From the human T2T-CHM13v2.0 reference genome, Homo sapiens: a stretch of 64,000 nt of DNA. Under the pieces are notes generated by a model. That model made no database searches and was not told where the DNA came from. It saw nothing but the letters and a program-made list of their open reading frames with translations. How positions within the stretch are numbered: the stretch's first letter is position 1; each line of letters begins with the position of its first letter. Both the position numbers and the translations under genes were made by a program. The stretch lies in the NCBI RefSeq assembly GCF_009914755.1, contig NC_060932.1, one strand, 5' to 3'. This document shows, piece after piece, positions 13,218 through 24,689 of the stretch.

Positions 13218-13921
13218 GGGTGATGAAATAATCTGTACAACAAACCCCCCAGACATGAGTTTACCTGTATAGCAAACCTGTACATGTAGGGTGATGAAAT
13301 AATCTGTACAACAAACCCCCAGACATGAGTTTACCTGTATAGCAAACCTGTACATGTAGGGTGATGAAATAATCTGTACAACAAACCCCCCAGACATGAG
13401 TTTACCTGTATAGCAAACCTGTACATGTAGGGTGATGAAATAATCTGTACAACAAACCCCCCAGACATGAGTTTACCTGTATAGCAAACCTGTACATGTA
13501 GGGTGATGAAATAATCTGTACAACAAACCCCCCAGACATGAGTTTACCTGTATAGCAAACCTGTACATGTAGGGTGATGAAATAATCTGTACAACAAACC
13601 CCCAGACATGAGTTTACCTGTATAGCAAACCTGTACATGTAGGGTGATGAAATAATCTGTACAACAAACCCCCAGACATGAGTTTACCTGTATAGCAAAC
13701 CTGTACATGTAGGGTGATGAAATAATCTGTACAACAAACCCCCAGACATGAGTTTACCTGTATAGCAAACCTGTACATGTAGGGTGATGAAATAATCTGT
13801 ACAACAAACCCCCAGACATGAGTTTACCTGTATAGCAAACCTGTACATGTAGGGTGATGAAATAATCTGTACAACAAACCCCCAGACATGAGTTTACCTG
13901 TATAGCAAACCTGTACATGTA
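13218..13921. repeat. VNTR, 10 copies of a 70/71-bp unit derived from L1 3'UTR
   Basis: Units start at 13218, 13289, 13359, 13430, 13501, 13572, 13642, 13712, 13782, 13852 and differ only in a C5/C6 run. Confidence 0.97.
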
Positions 13922-14832
13922 CCCCTGAGCCTAAAATAATAGATTATTTTAAAAAGATACTGGGTTTATGAAGTCCCCAGGAGGTCAGGAGGAAGAGAGA
14001 ACGCTTGAGACAAGCATGGTCAGTGAGGAGCTTGCAGGGATGGCAGAGGGGCAGGGAGCAGCAGAGTTTGAGTAGAGGAACCAGAAGCCCAGCCCTGGAC
14101 CCATCTCTGCCTTCCTGTGTGTGCGCCTAACTCAGCTTTCAGGTGAGAGCTGGGGCTCAGGAGGTTATGTACTCACTTGAAGTTGCACGTCTAGGAATCT
14201 AGATGATGGTCCCATGTCTGCTGTGCCCCCGCCCTACGCTATTGCTAGGACAGCCAACCTCTACTCAGGGGCTGCAGCCGGTCAGCTGGCATCTACCAGG
14301 CTCAGCTGAGAGGGGTTCAGAGCCTAGAGGAGCTGTGGCATGCCAGGTCTAGGCTGCCTGTTGGCTGCTGTCAGGATGAATGCTGTTGTAGATAGATTCT
14401 TTTTGGCAACCAGAGACTTTCAGACGTCAATGGCCATGCAGTCTCCATGTTGCCCTTCCCATCCTGACACCACACACTCCTTATGCTGCAGCCACCATGG
14501 ATGCCTGAGTGAACAGCCCTCAAATTCTATTCTAACTCCTTATTTAAAAGATAAGGAGACCCAAGACTGAGAAATTTGACATAAATAAGCAAACCGGCTT
14601 GCCTGAGCTGAGTACTGCCTTTGGTCTCACGATAGCTGCCTGCTGGCGTCTGATTTTCACAGCTAGTACAACCTTCCAGCACCTTCCAGGATTGGTTTCT
14701 GAAAGAGGGGATTGTTTTTGCTCCCAGTCCCCCTAAACATTCTGTAGGTAATTACAGCACTCATGGCCCCATTTTCTCACTGTGTGTTTGCCACCTTGGG
14801 TCTGTTCAGATGGCAAGCTCCTGAAAACCAGG

Positions 14833-15108
14833 CACCTCCTCCTTGTACCCATGGCACCGTCGTGGTGCCTAGCTGCTGTCAGCACAGAGCATTAGCTCTG
14901 AGACACCTCCTCCTTGTACCCATGGCACCGTCGTGGTGCCTGGCTGCTGTCAGCATAGAGCATTAGCTCTGAGAAAACTCCTCCTTGTACCCATGGCACC
15001 GTCGTGGTGCCTGGCTGCTGTCAGCACAGAGCATTAGCTCTGAGACACCTCCTCCTTGTACCCATGACACCGTCGTGGTGCCTGGCTGCTGCATTAGCTC
15101 TGAGACAC
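14833..15108. repeat. Minisatellite, ~4 x 71 bp
   Basis: Units start at 14833, 14904, 14975, 15046; the last has an 11-bp deletion. Confidence 0.93.
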
Positions 15109-15856
15109 TGCTGTGTTTCCCTCCTAGTTCTGCATCAGGTGGTACTGTTTTGTTTTGGTGGCTTGGTTCATTTTTTCTTATTGCAGTATTATCACTGCAT
15201 AGAAAGCAGAAGTGGTCTTCCCATATTGTGTAAAATCCCCATTAAACATACACCACATGCTTCAGAGCGGCAGGAACAGGAAGAAGGATGGGATTCCCCG
15301 TGCCCGAAGGTATACCAAGTCTACATTGTCCTGAGAGTTAGGGACTACATACACTTGTCCGTGCAGCATTTGGGAAGGTCAGAGGAGACGACTGTGTGGT
15401 GTGCATTGGAGAAGCGTGGGACCCCTGTGCTCACCACCACCCTAAGCCCCTGTGAGGCAGGGGGCACCTGGTGCACTGTGACCAGCACTCTCCCAGCTTC
15501 CTGCCAGGAGGAGCCAGCTCCTTAGGTTCTGTAGGGTTTGACTTAAAGAAAATTTTAAAACATGATTTTTCAACAAGTTGATTGCCAAAAAATCTCTGTG
15601 GTTAGGGAGGCACCTCCCTACTGGTCACTAATTCCCCCTGCCGAGCCTTCTGCCCGGGCAACTGCTCCACAATCTCCAGCTGCACCATGTGTTTTGAAAA
15701 GCATTTCTCCCCGCCCCTCTGGGGTTTTTCTCCTCCTCCAGTGGTGAAATTCCCGAGGGCACTGAGTGGGTTACTCTTCACAAGCACAGAGCTAAGCCCA
15801 GTCCTGGTAGAAAGGACACACAAAGAAGACCCAAGACCATGAATATGCTCTTGACA

Positions 15857-16130
15857 TTACTCTGTGGGCTCTGCTGTTACTCTGTGGGTTCTGACGTTAC
15901 TCTGTGGGCTCTGCTGTTACTCTGTGGGTTCTGACGTTACTTTGTGGGCTCTGCTGTTACTCTTTGGGCTCTGCTATTACACTATGGGTTCTGATGTTAC
16001 TCTGTGGGTGCCTGCTATTATTCTGTGGGTCCTGCTGTTACTCTGTGGGCTCTGATGTTACACTGTGGGTTCTGCTGTTACTCTGTGGATCTCTCTGTGG
16101 TTACTCTCTGAATTCCTGCTCTTACTCTGT
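15857..16130. repeat. 20-bp minisatellite (~13 copies)
   Basis: ttactctgtggg(c/t)tctg(ct/ac)g with period 20, degenerating toward the 3' end. Confidence 0.92.
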
Positions 16131-16330
16131 GGACTTCTTTTGTTGCTTTGTGAGTTTCTGCAGTTTGTTTACCTCTTTACCATCCATCCAGGAATTCTTT
16201 CACTAGGAATTGTGAGGATGCTAGCCAATTGGGCTAAATTTAATATTACTATGTCCCCCATTGTGGTGGTGGGGTCTTGGCTTGGCAATTTCTACTAGTA
16301 TTCCATATGCAGTTAACCTTGACACATCAG

Positions 16331-16394
16331 TGAAAGAAAAATAAAATTTCAGGCCTCCAAACTTACTATGCCAAAGGGAAAAGTTAATATTGGC

Positions 16395-16448
<54 letters not shown>

Positions 16449-16791
16449 GTCTTCTTTTTGTTCCCAAAAGCTTACTTTATCTTATGTGAAATGTAGATCT
16501 ACTGAGTATGAGACAGATGCATAACCCTCCCCCATACCTTTCTTTTCACATGTGAAATGTAGATTTGCTGTACTCTAATCAGAGCCTCACAAAAATGTGA
16601 CCACTTGCCTCATAGCCTACTCTCCCCTCTTTCCCCTCCTACCGGCGCTTTTCCCTTAAATATTTGGAAAAAAGTACAGGCCAAAAATCCTACTGTAACC
16701 TGTGTTTCTTTTTCCCCAGACACGTCCACGATTTTGGCAGAATAAACCTCTAAATCAGTTGTGATCTGCCTCAGACACTTTTTGGTTTACA
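16331..16791 (+). mobile_element. Solo ERV1 LTR (MER4-group-like)
   Basis: TG...CA ends (tgaaagaaaaataaaatttc ... tttttggtttaca), AATAAA at 16741; subfamily uncertain, no clear TSD. Confidence 0.6.
16398..16445. repeat. (AC)24 microsatellite
   Basis: Perfect AC dinucleotide run. Confidence 0.97.
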
Positions 16792-17264
16792 CAACAATCC
16801 AATCATAGCGATTTATTTGGAAATATACCTTCACAAGTTAAATCAGACCACAGCGCTACTGGGCATTATTTATAATGGCAAACTATTGCAAACAATTTAA
16901 AACCTATCATAGACATCATAGAAACTATTCTAATAAATTGATACATTTATATAATAGAATAATCCGCAACCTTGAAGGGAATGAAGGAAGGAATAAAGAG
17001 AGAGGGAAAGGAAGAAAAGAACGGAGAGAGGGAAGGAGGGACAGACAGGTGTTTAAATTGGGGATGTGCAAGCAATATTGCCTACTTCATTGCCTTCACA
17101 TTATTTAAAAGCATGTGGTCAAGAAACACTATTATAATAAGCACTTCAGAAATAACTTCTAAAATTACTTTTCCAAAATATGAATCCATACTATACACTT
17201 CCTGTAATGTGCACCACATGTAGATGCACACATTTTAACAAGGAAAAGACTAATACTCATATTT

Positions 17265-17385
17265 GCTTGCTACACACCAGACACTGTTTTAAATGTTTTG
17301 CACACGCTAACTCATTTGTTCTTATGGAAATCCTGTAGCGTGCACCGCCACCTCCATGTTTCTAGGCGGAAACTGAGGCACGGGG
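17265..17385 (-). mobile_element. MIR fragment
   Basis: ccagacactgttttaaatgttttgca...aactcatt...ggaaactgaggcac. Confidence 0.65.
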
Positions 17386-18099
17386 GCTGCGGCTCCTGGA
17401 CCCACCTGGCCTTCTCGGCCTGCCTCTCTCCCTCCAGCCGCCCCACATTCTTTTTTCCTAATTGGAAAAAACTATTCACGCTGCTCCTCCAGGGCATTTC
17501 AACCTTCTAGAAAGATTCGACAAGATTCGAAACTGTTTATAAAGAGAACGTGCTTGTGCCCGAATGCTGAGTGTGAGCGCGCAGTGATGCCCTAGAGTGC
17601 AGTCATCCCGGGCTTGGCGCCCAGCGGGTGGAAATACGGCCGCAGGGTGGAAATGCGGCGGCGGGGCTGCCCAGGCTCCTGTGGGACCCGCGCGGCGCGG
17701 GCACGCACATTCTCAGGGACGCGCGTCCTCAGGCCATGAGAACACCTGAAGGCCCCGGCCACCGTCCTCCCGTGAAGACCCGGACCGGCGTCGTCACCCG
17801 CCGCGCAGGCCTAAATCTCAGGTCTTCACCGTCATCTCCCAGCGATCGCAGGGATCTCAGGCACTGACCGCGCCCGTCCCTGCGCACCCGAGCCCCACCC
17901 CACGCCCCCACGCCCCCACGCCCCCACGCCTCCACGCCCGGCACTCTGGACGCGCGCGGACTGAGGGGCAGTGCCTACTACGCAGGCGCACGCTGCGGGC
18001 GACAGGACCAGGCAGCAACATTGCCACGCGGATCCGCGCCGGCCAATCAGCATGGCCAGGGGCGGGGCTTCCCTGAGGCGCGCCGGGAGGCGGCGGCCC

Positions 18100-18217
18100 A
18101 CTTCCGGCAATAACCGCCTGGTCGCCGTCAGGTGCGGGCCCAGGTGGCCGGCGCGCCCGTTGGGCACTGGGGGACGCGGGCGCGTCAGGTGAAGACTGGG
18201 GGCCGCAGGCGCGCTAG
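18100..18217 (+). other. FBXO25: FBXO25 non-coding exon 1 (start approximate)
   Basis: Lies just downstream of the core promoter motifs; best-looking donor is CTAG|GTAGGT at 18217/18218. Other donor-like sites are nearby. Confidence 0.6.
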
Positions 18218-18575
18218 GTAGGTGCGGGGTGCAGCGGGCGCGTCAGGTGAAGACTTGGCGCCGCAGGCGCGTTAGGTGAAGATTGGGGCTCGCGGGCGCG
18301 TCAGGTGGGGACGACGGGCCACGGGCGAGTCAGGTGAAGACCGGGGGCGGCGGGCGCGTCAGGGGAAGACATGGGGTCGCGAGCGCGTCAGGTGGGGACG
18401 GGGCCTGTGGGAGGGTCAGGTGGGGACCGGGGGCCTCGGGCGCGTCAGGTGGGGACGGGGTTGTCGCGGGCGCGTCAGGTGGGGACGGGATTGCCGCGTG
18501 CGCGTCTGCTGAGGTCTGGGTCCGCGGGCGCGTCAGGTAGGGACGATGGGCCGCGGGCGCGTCAGGTGGGGTCTG
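18175..18575. repeat. GC-rich degenerate ~29-bp minisatellite spanning exon 1/intron 1
   Basis: About 14 units with core gcgggcgcgtcaggtg(gg/aa)gac. Confidence 0.85.
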
Positions 18576-19554
18576 GGGGCGGCCGGCGGGTGTGGAGGGT
18601 TCATTCAGGGAGCTGCGGGCGAGTCGGGTGGGCACGGGGGCCGCCCACAGGTGCACCGCGCGTCCTCAGCCGCTTCCCCTGCCCACCTTCTGCGACCCCT
18701 TCCCGCCCCCACCCTCCTGGGCCGTCTTGCAGGCCCGAGCTTGTGTCCGCCTCGCTGGGCAAGGTGTTTCGGGGACGACTCCTGCCGGCGTTTGCCCTCC
18801 GGGCTCGGTCCTTGCCTCTTCGCCGGTGGGCACCTGCTAGGTGTGACCCCTCATTCCTCCAGGCCACTCTGCCCCGTCTGCTGCTTACCTTTTTTTCCCT
18901 ACTCCTGGTCTGTGGCTCTGGCTCTGTCTCTGTCTCCTCCCTTAATTTCTTTCCATGCTTATTTTTCTTGCAGCAGACACTAATTTTGCATCCTTCCCCT
19001 CACAGTAAGCTCAATTTGACCTTTTTCTCAATTAGATTCCACCTCTGTCCTTGGGCCTATTCAAACTCATTTTGAAGACTAAAGAATCTAGAGAACCATT
19101 TCTTCCCTTATGAAGCTGTCTCTTGCTGCCTCCAAATCCTAACCATCCGGCCCTAATCAGAAAAGACGTTTACTCTTTCATATTCTGTTTTCTCCTCGTC
19201 TTTACGTGTTTACCTTTCCCATGAGGAATCTGTGATTATCTGTAAGTCCTTAGAGTACAACTTATTTCTGACTCTCAGCCCTCAGTTTGCCATTTTTTAA
19301 AATGTCCTTTCTGGATCAAATTTGTCCACACTTATAAGCAAAACAAATAGGGAAACACATGTGGTCTTTTAAGATGGATTGGAGTTTTCTTTCCTGTGTT
19401 GTATTCCTTGTTTTAGTGCCTTTATATTTAGGTTCATCATTACTTGAAATCATATTAGTGATCTGTAATAGACGGTAAAAAAAAAAAAAGTTAAAAAGCT
19501 TATAATTTAATGGCATCTGTTTTAATAGGGTTTTCAGGAACTGCTATTATAAAC

Positions 19555-19790
19555 ATAGTGGTTAGGAGCATGGATCCTGGAGTGAGACTCCATCATTTTG
19601 AATCCCAGCTCCACTGAACTCTTTGCCTCAGTGTCTTCATCTTTAAAATACATAATGAAACTTGTAAAACAAGAATAATGTTTTCTACCTTGGAGGACAG
19701 TGTGAGGATTAAATGAGACAACATATGTAGATTGTTTAGAGTAATGCGTAGCCTATAGTAAGCTCTAATAAATGTTTGCCATTATTATTG
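19555..19790 (+). mobile_element. MIR
   Basis: atagtggttaggagcatgga...tgaatcccagctccact...gcctcagt...gtgaggattaaatgaga...tagtaagctctaataaatgtt. Confidence 0.8.
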
Positions 19791-22429
19791 TTAAGAAAAA
19801 ATATGCTTGTTGAAGGAAAGACATTTTTTTTTGTTCTGAGTCTCTCATGCCAAGAGTTTCCACCAGCAAATGAACTTCATGAAGTCCTTTTCTACTGAAG
19901 TATCCCACCCACGTGTCCTACCACATGAAATAGAAATTAAGGGAAGATTTTAAATAGTTAATCATTGTAGGCTGTCTGAAATAAGTTGGCATAAAATGTG
20001 CTTAAAATTTGCAAATTATACAAGCTACACCCTTTGAGTGCTTGCTCTTAAAAGTTTAATAATTTTCAGGAGTAATTTCTAGTTTTTTTGTGTTTGCAAA
20101 TTCCCAAAATAAAGGTAATTTTAATTAAAATAAGCGTATAAAGCTCTAGCAATTCACATTTTTTAGCTGAACAAATACATTCCCATTGAAAGCCGTGGGT
20201 CATCATCATTCTATAAAACTTTAGTAGCATTGTTTTCTGATTTGCAAACTCAGAAGCCTCAGTTTGGGAGTATTTTTGAAAACTTGAGATCCAGACCCCA
20301 GACGTTTTAAATTGCAACTTGTCTTTTTTTGTTGGTGGTGTTGTTTTTAATCTGCATCCAGAGTTTGTGCTTTAGTTCATGAGCTGTGTAGATTATGCTT
20401 TAAGAAAAACTTCATTGTGATCCATAGAGCATACCATAACAAATCTGTGAAGCACACACATCTTCAGAGAAACAAATCTTTTCCTCTGTGTTGAAAATAA
20501 GCCTTTGGGCATGGACTATTTTTTTATTTCCATGGCTGCATTTCACTCCTTTCAACCCTTAAAAAATCAAACTTATCAGCTGAGAAATTCAGACCAAACT
20601 ATTCATTTTTCACTGAGTTGCCAAAATGAATTATCTGTAGAGTTTAGGTAGTTGTAAAAGAATTGGTTATATTAATGGAAACAGTAGGCAGGCTCTTTAT
20701 GTAAATGTTATAAAGATTGTGAAACTAGAAGATAAGTGTATTAAATGATGAGTGGGCATAGTGTCTAAATAGGTAAGTACAATATTTGTGTGTCATCAAG
20801 TTTTAAAATATTTTTTCAGCTGAGGATACCGGGATGTACATAGGACAGTCATCCAGATAAGGTTCTGTTGGCAAGATATTTGTTGCCTAGTTGTTTTTCT
20901 CTGTCTCCATGTTTTTCATTTGATCTATCCTACAAGCCCTAGAAAATTATTATTCTCAAAACAACACTGCTCACGCTGATCTGTTGCTGAAAAACGTTTA
21001 ATTACTGACAGAATAAAGTCTAAACACCTTTGATATTCTTCTATGACCTGGCTTCTAGTCGCTTATGTACCAGTCCTCTGATAAACTTTCTCCATTTTAT
21101 CCCATCTTTTCTGCTTATTTTTCTCAAACTGTGGCACACATTTTGCCCTTTATACTTATTCACCCACCATTCCCATGATTGATATTTTTTGCCTTGCCTC
21201 TCCATTCATTTAAGATCTAACCATGCTTCAGTGCGAAGATCGAGTCCTAGTTTCTAGTCAGAGCTTTCCCAGCTGATTTGCTTTCTGCTCAAATTAACTT
21301 TATTCTCTCTTTACCACAAGTTACAAGATTGTGGACATATCTGTATGTATGTATACATGCACACTCACATATCTACATGTAAACACACTTTATTATATTA
21401 CACTTGTATGGAATTTGTGTGTGTTTTGCTATTGTTCTTTTTTAGTTCCTTAGCTAAATTGCACACTTTTGAGGGCAGGAACATCTAGCATAATAACATG
21501 TAGTTGGTGCTCAAATGTTTGTCGTTGAAGTAATCCTGTATTTGGTCTGTTAGCAATATTTTTCAGGATTATCCACTTGATTTTTTTTTTTAATATAGAT
21601 TTCTGAATCCACAGTTTCAAGTTGATATTGAGAGATAATTTGATAATTATCAGAGATGTTCCTAGCAGCCATTTTCTGTTGAATGTGTTTTATGAGACTC
21701 AAGGTGCCACTTCAGTCATCTGCTACTTCATGGTCTTTGCTGCCTTTGGTGGGAATGTTCTTGAAAATCATAAAATCAGCTGTATGCTATTAGAGACAGT
21801 TTTAGATAACTTTAGGTCGACTGAACATGGGCATTGAGTTTTGCATTTTAGGATGTTCAGTAGTTGTGAAGCAGTTCTGTGAGACAAAGTTTATCAAAAT
21901 TGTGCTGAAATTTAAGGAATAAAGTATTTTCTAAAGCAAGAATTTAAATTAATCATTATGTGACTGAAAAAGACATGTTCTGACTATAAGTCAGTTTAGC
22001 AAGGTTTGAGATTTTCTTCGTGTAAAGAATAATTACTTCATCATTTCCTACACCAGTCAAGAATTAAGCATTTGTGGTTGATCCAGGAATATTGTTGAAG
22101 TCTATGTAATTTCCTTCCTTTTTTTTCTGTATCTTCTAGGATTGTATAAGTGCCCATTTAATAGCTTGTTTTTTGTTAATTATACTAAATATAGTTGGGA
22201 GGTGGTGTTTGGAGATGTTCATCTCTCATTTATTCTCCATGATGTAAATATTCTACATTTTTCTCTACGATATAAATATTCTATATTGTAAAATACTCAA
22301 GTCTGTTCGGGACGTGAAATTAAAGTAATACATTACAGAAACCACTTTTGCTTGAGTAATTCAGCTACCTTTCTGTAGCTAAATTCAACGTATATTTTCA
22401 ACTCTTGCCATGCTTGGCATTTTTATAAC

Positions 22430-23850
22430 ATTTTCGTCTCTGTCGACCATTTCTTTCCTGAAATACATTTTTCTCCTGACTTCCTACTTCTCCCTCTACC
22501 TTTTTGGCTCTTCCTTTTCAGTTTTTCTTCTTGGCTTATATCTGCCGATCCCTTAAATGGTGATGTTTCTTAGGGTTTTTTTCTTGGCTCTCTTGATTTC
22601 CCTCTCGACATATTCTGTGATATTATTTGTGTGGTTTTGATTAGTGTCTGAATGCTCATGATTTTCCTCTTTCTCTCTAGTCTAACTCTCTTCTGAACCA
22701 TGGATGTATATATTTATTCATTCAGTAAATAAATACTTATAGAGCTCCTGTTGTTTTCCTGGCATTGTTCAAGGTAATGGAATACGGACCTGAACAAGAC
22801 ATTGCATTTTCTTGGAGGAAAACAGATGATAAACACGCTAATCATTTCAGACAGCCCTTACAACTATGAAGGCACTAGATAATGGCTTAGACTGGTAGGG
22901 AGGGGGTTGAGGCAGCAGAAGGGCGCTGTTTGGACGGGGAGTCAGGGAGCCTTTCTGGGATGTGACATTTTGAATCAGCAGTGTGAGCATCTGAGGTGGT
23001 TTTTAGCCTCATGCACAGTCTCACTGTGTATGAGAATCACCTGTGGACCTTTAAAAACTACTTAAACTTAGCCTTCACCCCCAAATATTCATATTTAACT
23101 GAACTAAGATGGGACTAAGCACTTGAATGTTTAAAAAGCTTCCTGTGATGTTAATGCACAGCAGTAGTTGAAAACCACTGATCAAGAGGAGCAGAAATCA
23201 AGTCAGTGGGAAGAACTAGCATTTGAAGTCTCACTCTTATCAAATTGTGAGCGTCATGAAGTTAATCACGAAGTTGCATCATTTTTTAAGTCATAATTTT
23301 TATACCTGGAGTCTGGTATTTCAAACTGAACAGGCATGTCCTAAGCTGAAATTAATATCCCTTATCTCTCCTTTCCTAATAAAACCCTGCTGTTCCTTCT
23401 GTATGTCTTATCCCAGAACCAGGGGCTACAAAACAAAATCTAGATAACTTCCTTGATTTCCTCCTCACGTTTCCAGCCAGTCTTCAAGTACTGTTTGACT
23501 CTGTTTCCTAAATATTTCTGCAGTCTCTGCTCTTCTGTTTATTTTGCCACTGTATACTCTCACCTTTTAAAGGTCAACATTCAGAAGCCTCCAGTCCCAA
23601 CTACTTTCCTCCAGGTGACCCTCACCCCATACCTTCTCCCACTGTGATACTGAGTTCTTTGTAAACCACAAATCTGATTGAATCACTTACCTGCTTACTT
23701 CCCTTTTTTGGCCCCTCATTGCCCTCAGAATAGCATCCAACTCCTCTAACTTGATCCAGCCTTAAATGACTTCTCCATCCTTAATTCTGGCCCACTCTCT
23801 CTCATCTATTCTAAGCTTCAACCAAACTGAACTACTTAGAGTTGCTGAAC
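22430..23850. mobile_element. Cluster of L2 fragments with a MER5-like piece (~23000-23180)
   Basis: Pyrimidine-rich L2-like text, attcattcagtaaataaatactta, and gagaatcacctgtggacctttaaaaa...gttgaaaaccactg. Confidence 0.5.
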
Positions 23851-24234
23851 ATGAATACATTTCATTTTCGGTTGCTTCTAACTTCTGGCAAAGAGAGAAT
23901 ACTTGTTTGGAATAATATTCCCTATTCCACACTCCCTGACCCCTGCTTGTTTTTCAGGTATGAGCTTGAATGTCACCTCTGGTAAACCTTTCATGGGATA
24001 CGCAGTATTAGGCCAGTAAAACCACGTTTACTTACCCCATTTGATCACTTTAGTACAGAGTACTGTGTTATTGTCACTGTCACCAATGTCGAGCCAACGT
24101 TTAATTAATGAGCAGACATTTAAATGTTAAGAACTTTAATCTTTAAAATTAATGAATAAATGTTCTAAGTGAAAAGAAACTTTTATGAATTATATATACT
24201 TTTTAACATAATTTAACTTTTTCATAGGAGAACT

Positions 24235-24368
24235 ATGCCATTTTTGGGTCAGGACTGGAGATCTCCTGGATGGAGTTGGATTAAGACAGAAGATGGCTGG
24301 AAGAGATGTGAATCTTGTAGTCAGAAACTTGAAAGAGAGAATAACCATTGTAACATCAGTCACAGCAT
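24235..24368 (+). CDS. FBXO25: FBXO25 coding exon (exon 2, start codon)
   Basis: Acceptor ttcatag| at 24227/24228, ATG 24235, translates [44 protein letters not shown], donor AT|GTAAGT (phase 2). Confidence 0.96.
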
Positions 24369-24689
24369 GTAAGTTACAGCTGAGCAGAACCATGCCATTT
24401 GCCAGTTTAGCATGTATGGCCTTACCTATTTTTCAAGTCCCTGCAAAGCTCCATAACTTTTGAGACTTGCCCACCCAGAAGGCTGGTGTGAAGAGACAAG
24501 TTGTTTAGCTAAAAAATGAGGCTAGTAGATTGCCTAATATTCATACACAGATGCTTTCGTCTTTTTTTTTTTAATTTAAAACATTTAATCCTCACAATAA
24601 TTGGGAGAGAGGTATTATTATTAATCCCACATTATAGCTGAGGAACCTGAGGAAATTGAAATGCACAGTTTTGGTGGCATATATCAGAA

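Larger units (their letters stand above)
12167..13953 (+). mobile_element. 5'-truncated L1 (old L1PA/L1PB), ORF2 3' end plus 3'UTR
   Basis: Decayed ORF2 ([29 protein letters not shown]) followed by 3'UTR; degenerate TSD aaggtgctgagttt (12153-12166) / aagatactgggttt (13954-13967). Confidence 0.93.
17560..18850. promoter_or_regulatory. FBXO25: CpG-island promoter of FBXO25
   Basis: Very high GC/CpG density. CCAAT box 18043-18047, GC box GGGGCGGGGC 18059-18068, ETS site ACTTCCGG 18100-18107, NRF1-like CGCAGGCGCA 17981-17990. No TATA box seen. Confidence 0.9.

Noticed and set aside
13218-13921. CRISPR-like regular array
   Set aside because: Units are contiguous with no unique spacers, derive from an L1 3'UTR, have no cas genes nearby, and the context is eukaryotic.
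14833-14903. tRNA-like cloverleaf in the 71-bp unit
   Set aside because: No acceptor stem, no TTC T-loop and no A/B boxes.
18371-19075. 234-aa ORF and other overlapping ORFs in the CpG island
   Set aside because: Product of a GC-rich repeat that is poor in stop codons (RARQVGTG repeats); open in several frames on both strands; lies in intron 1.
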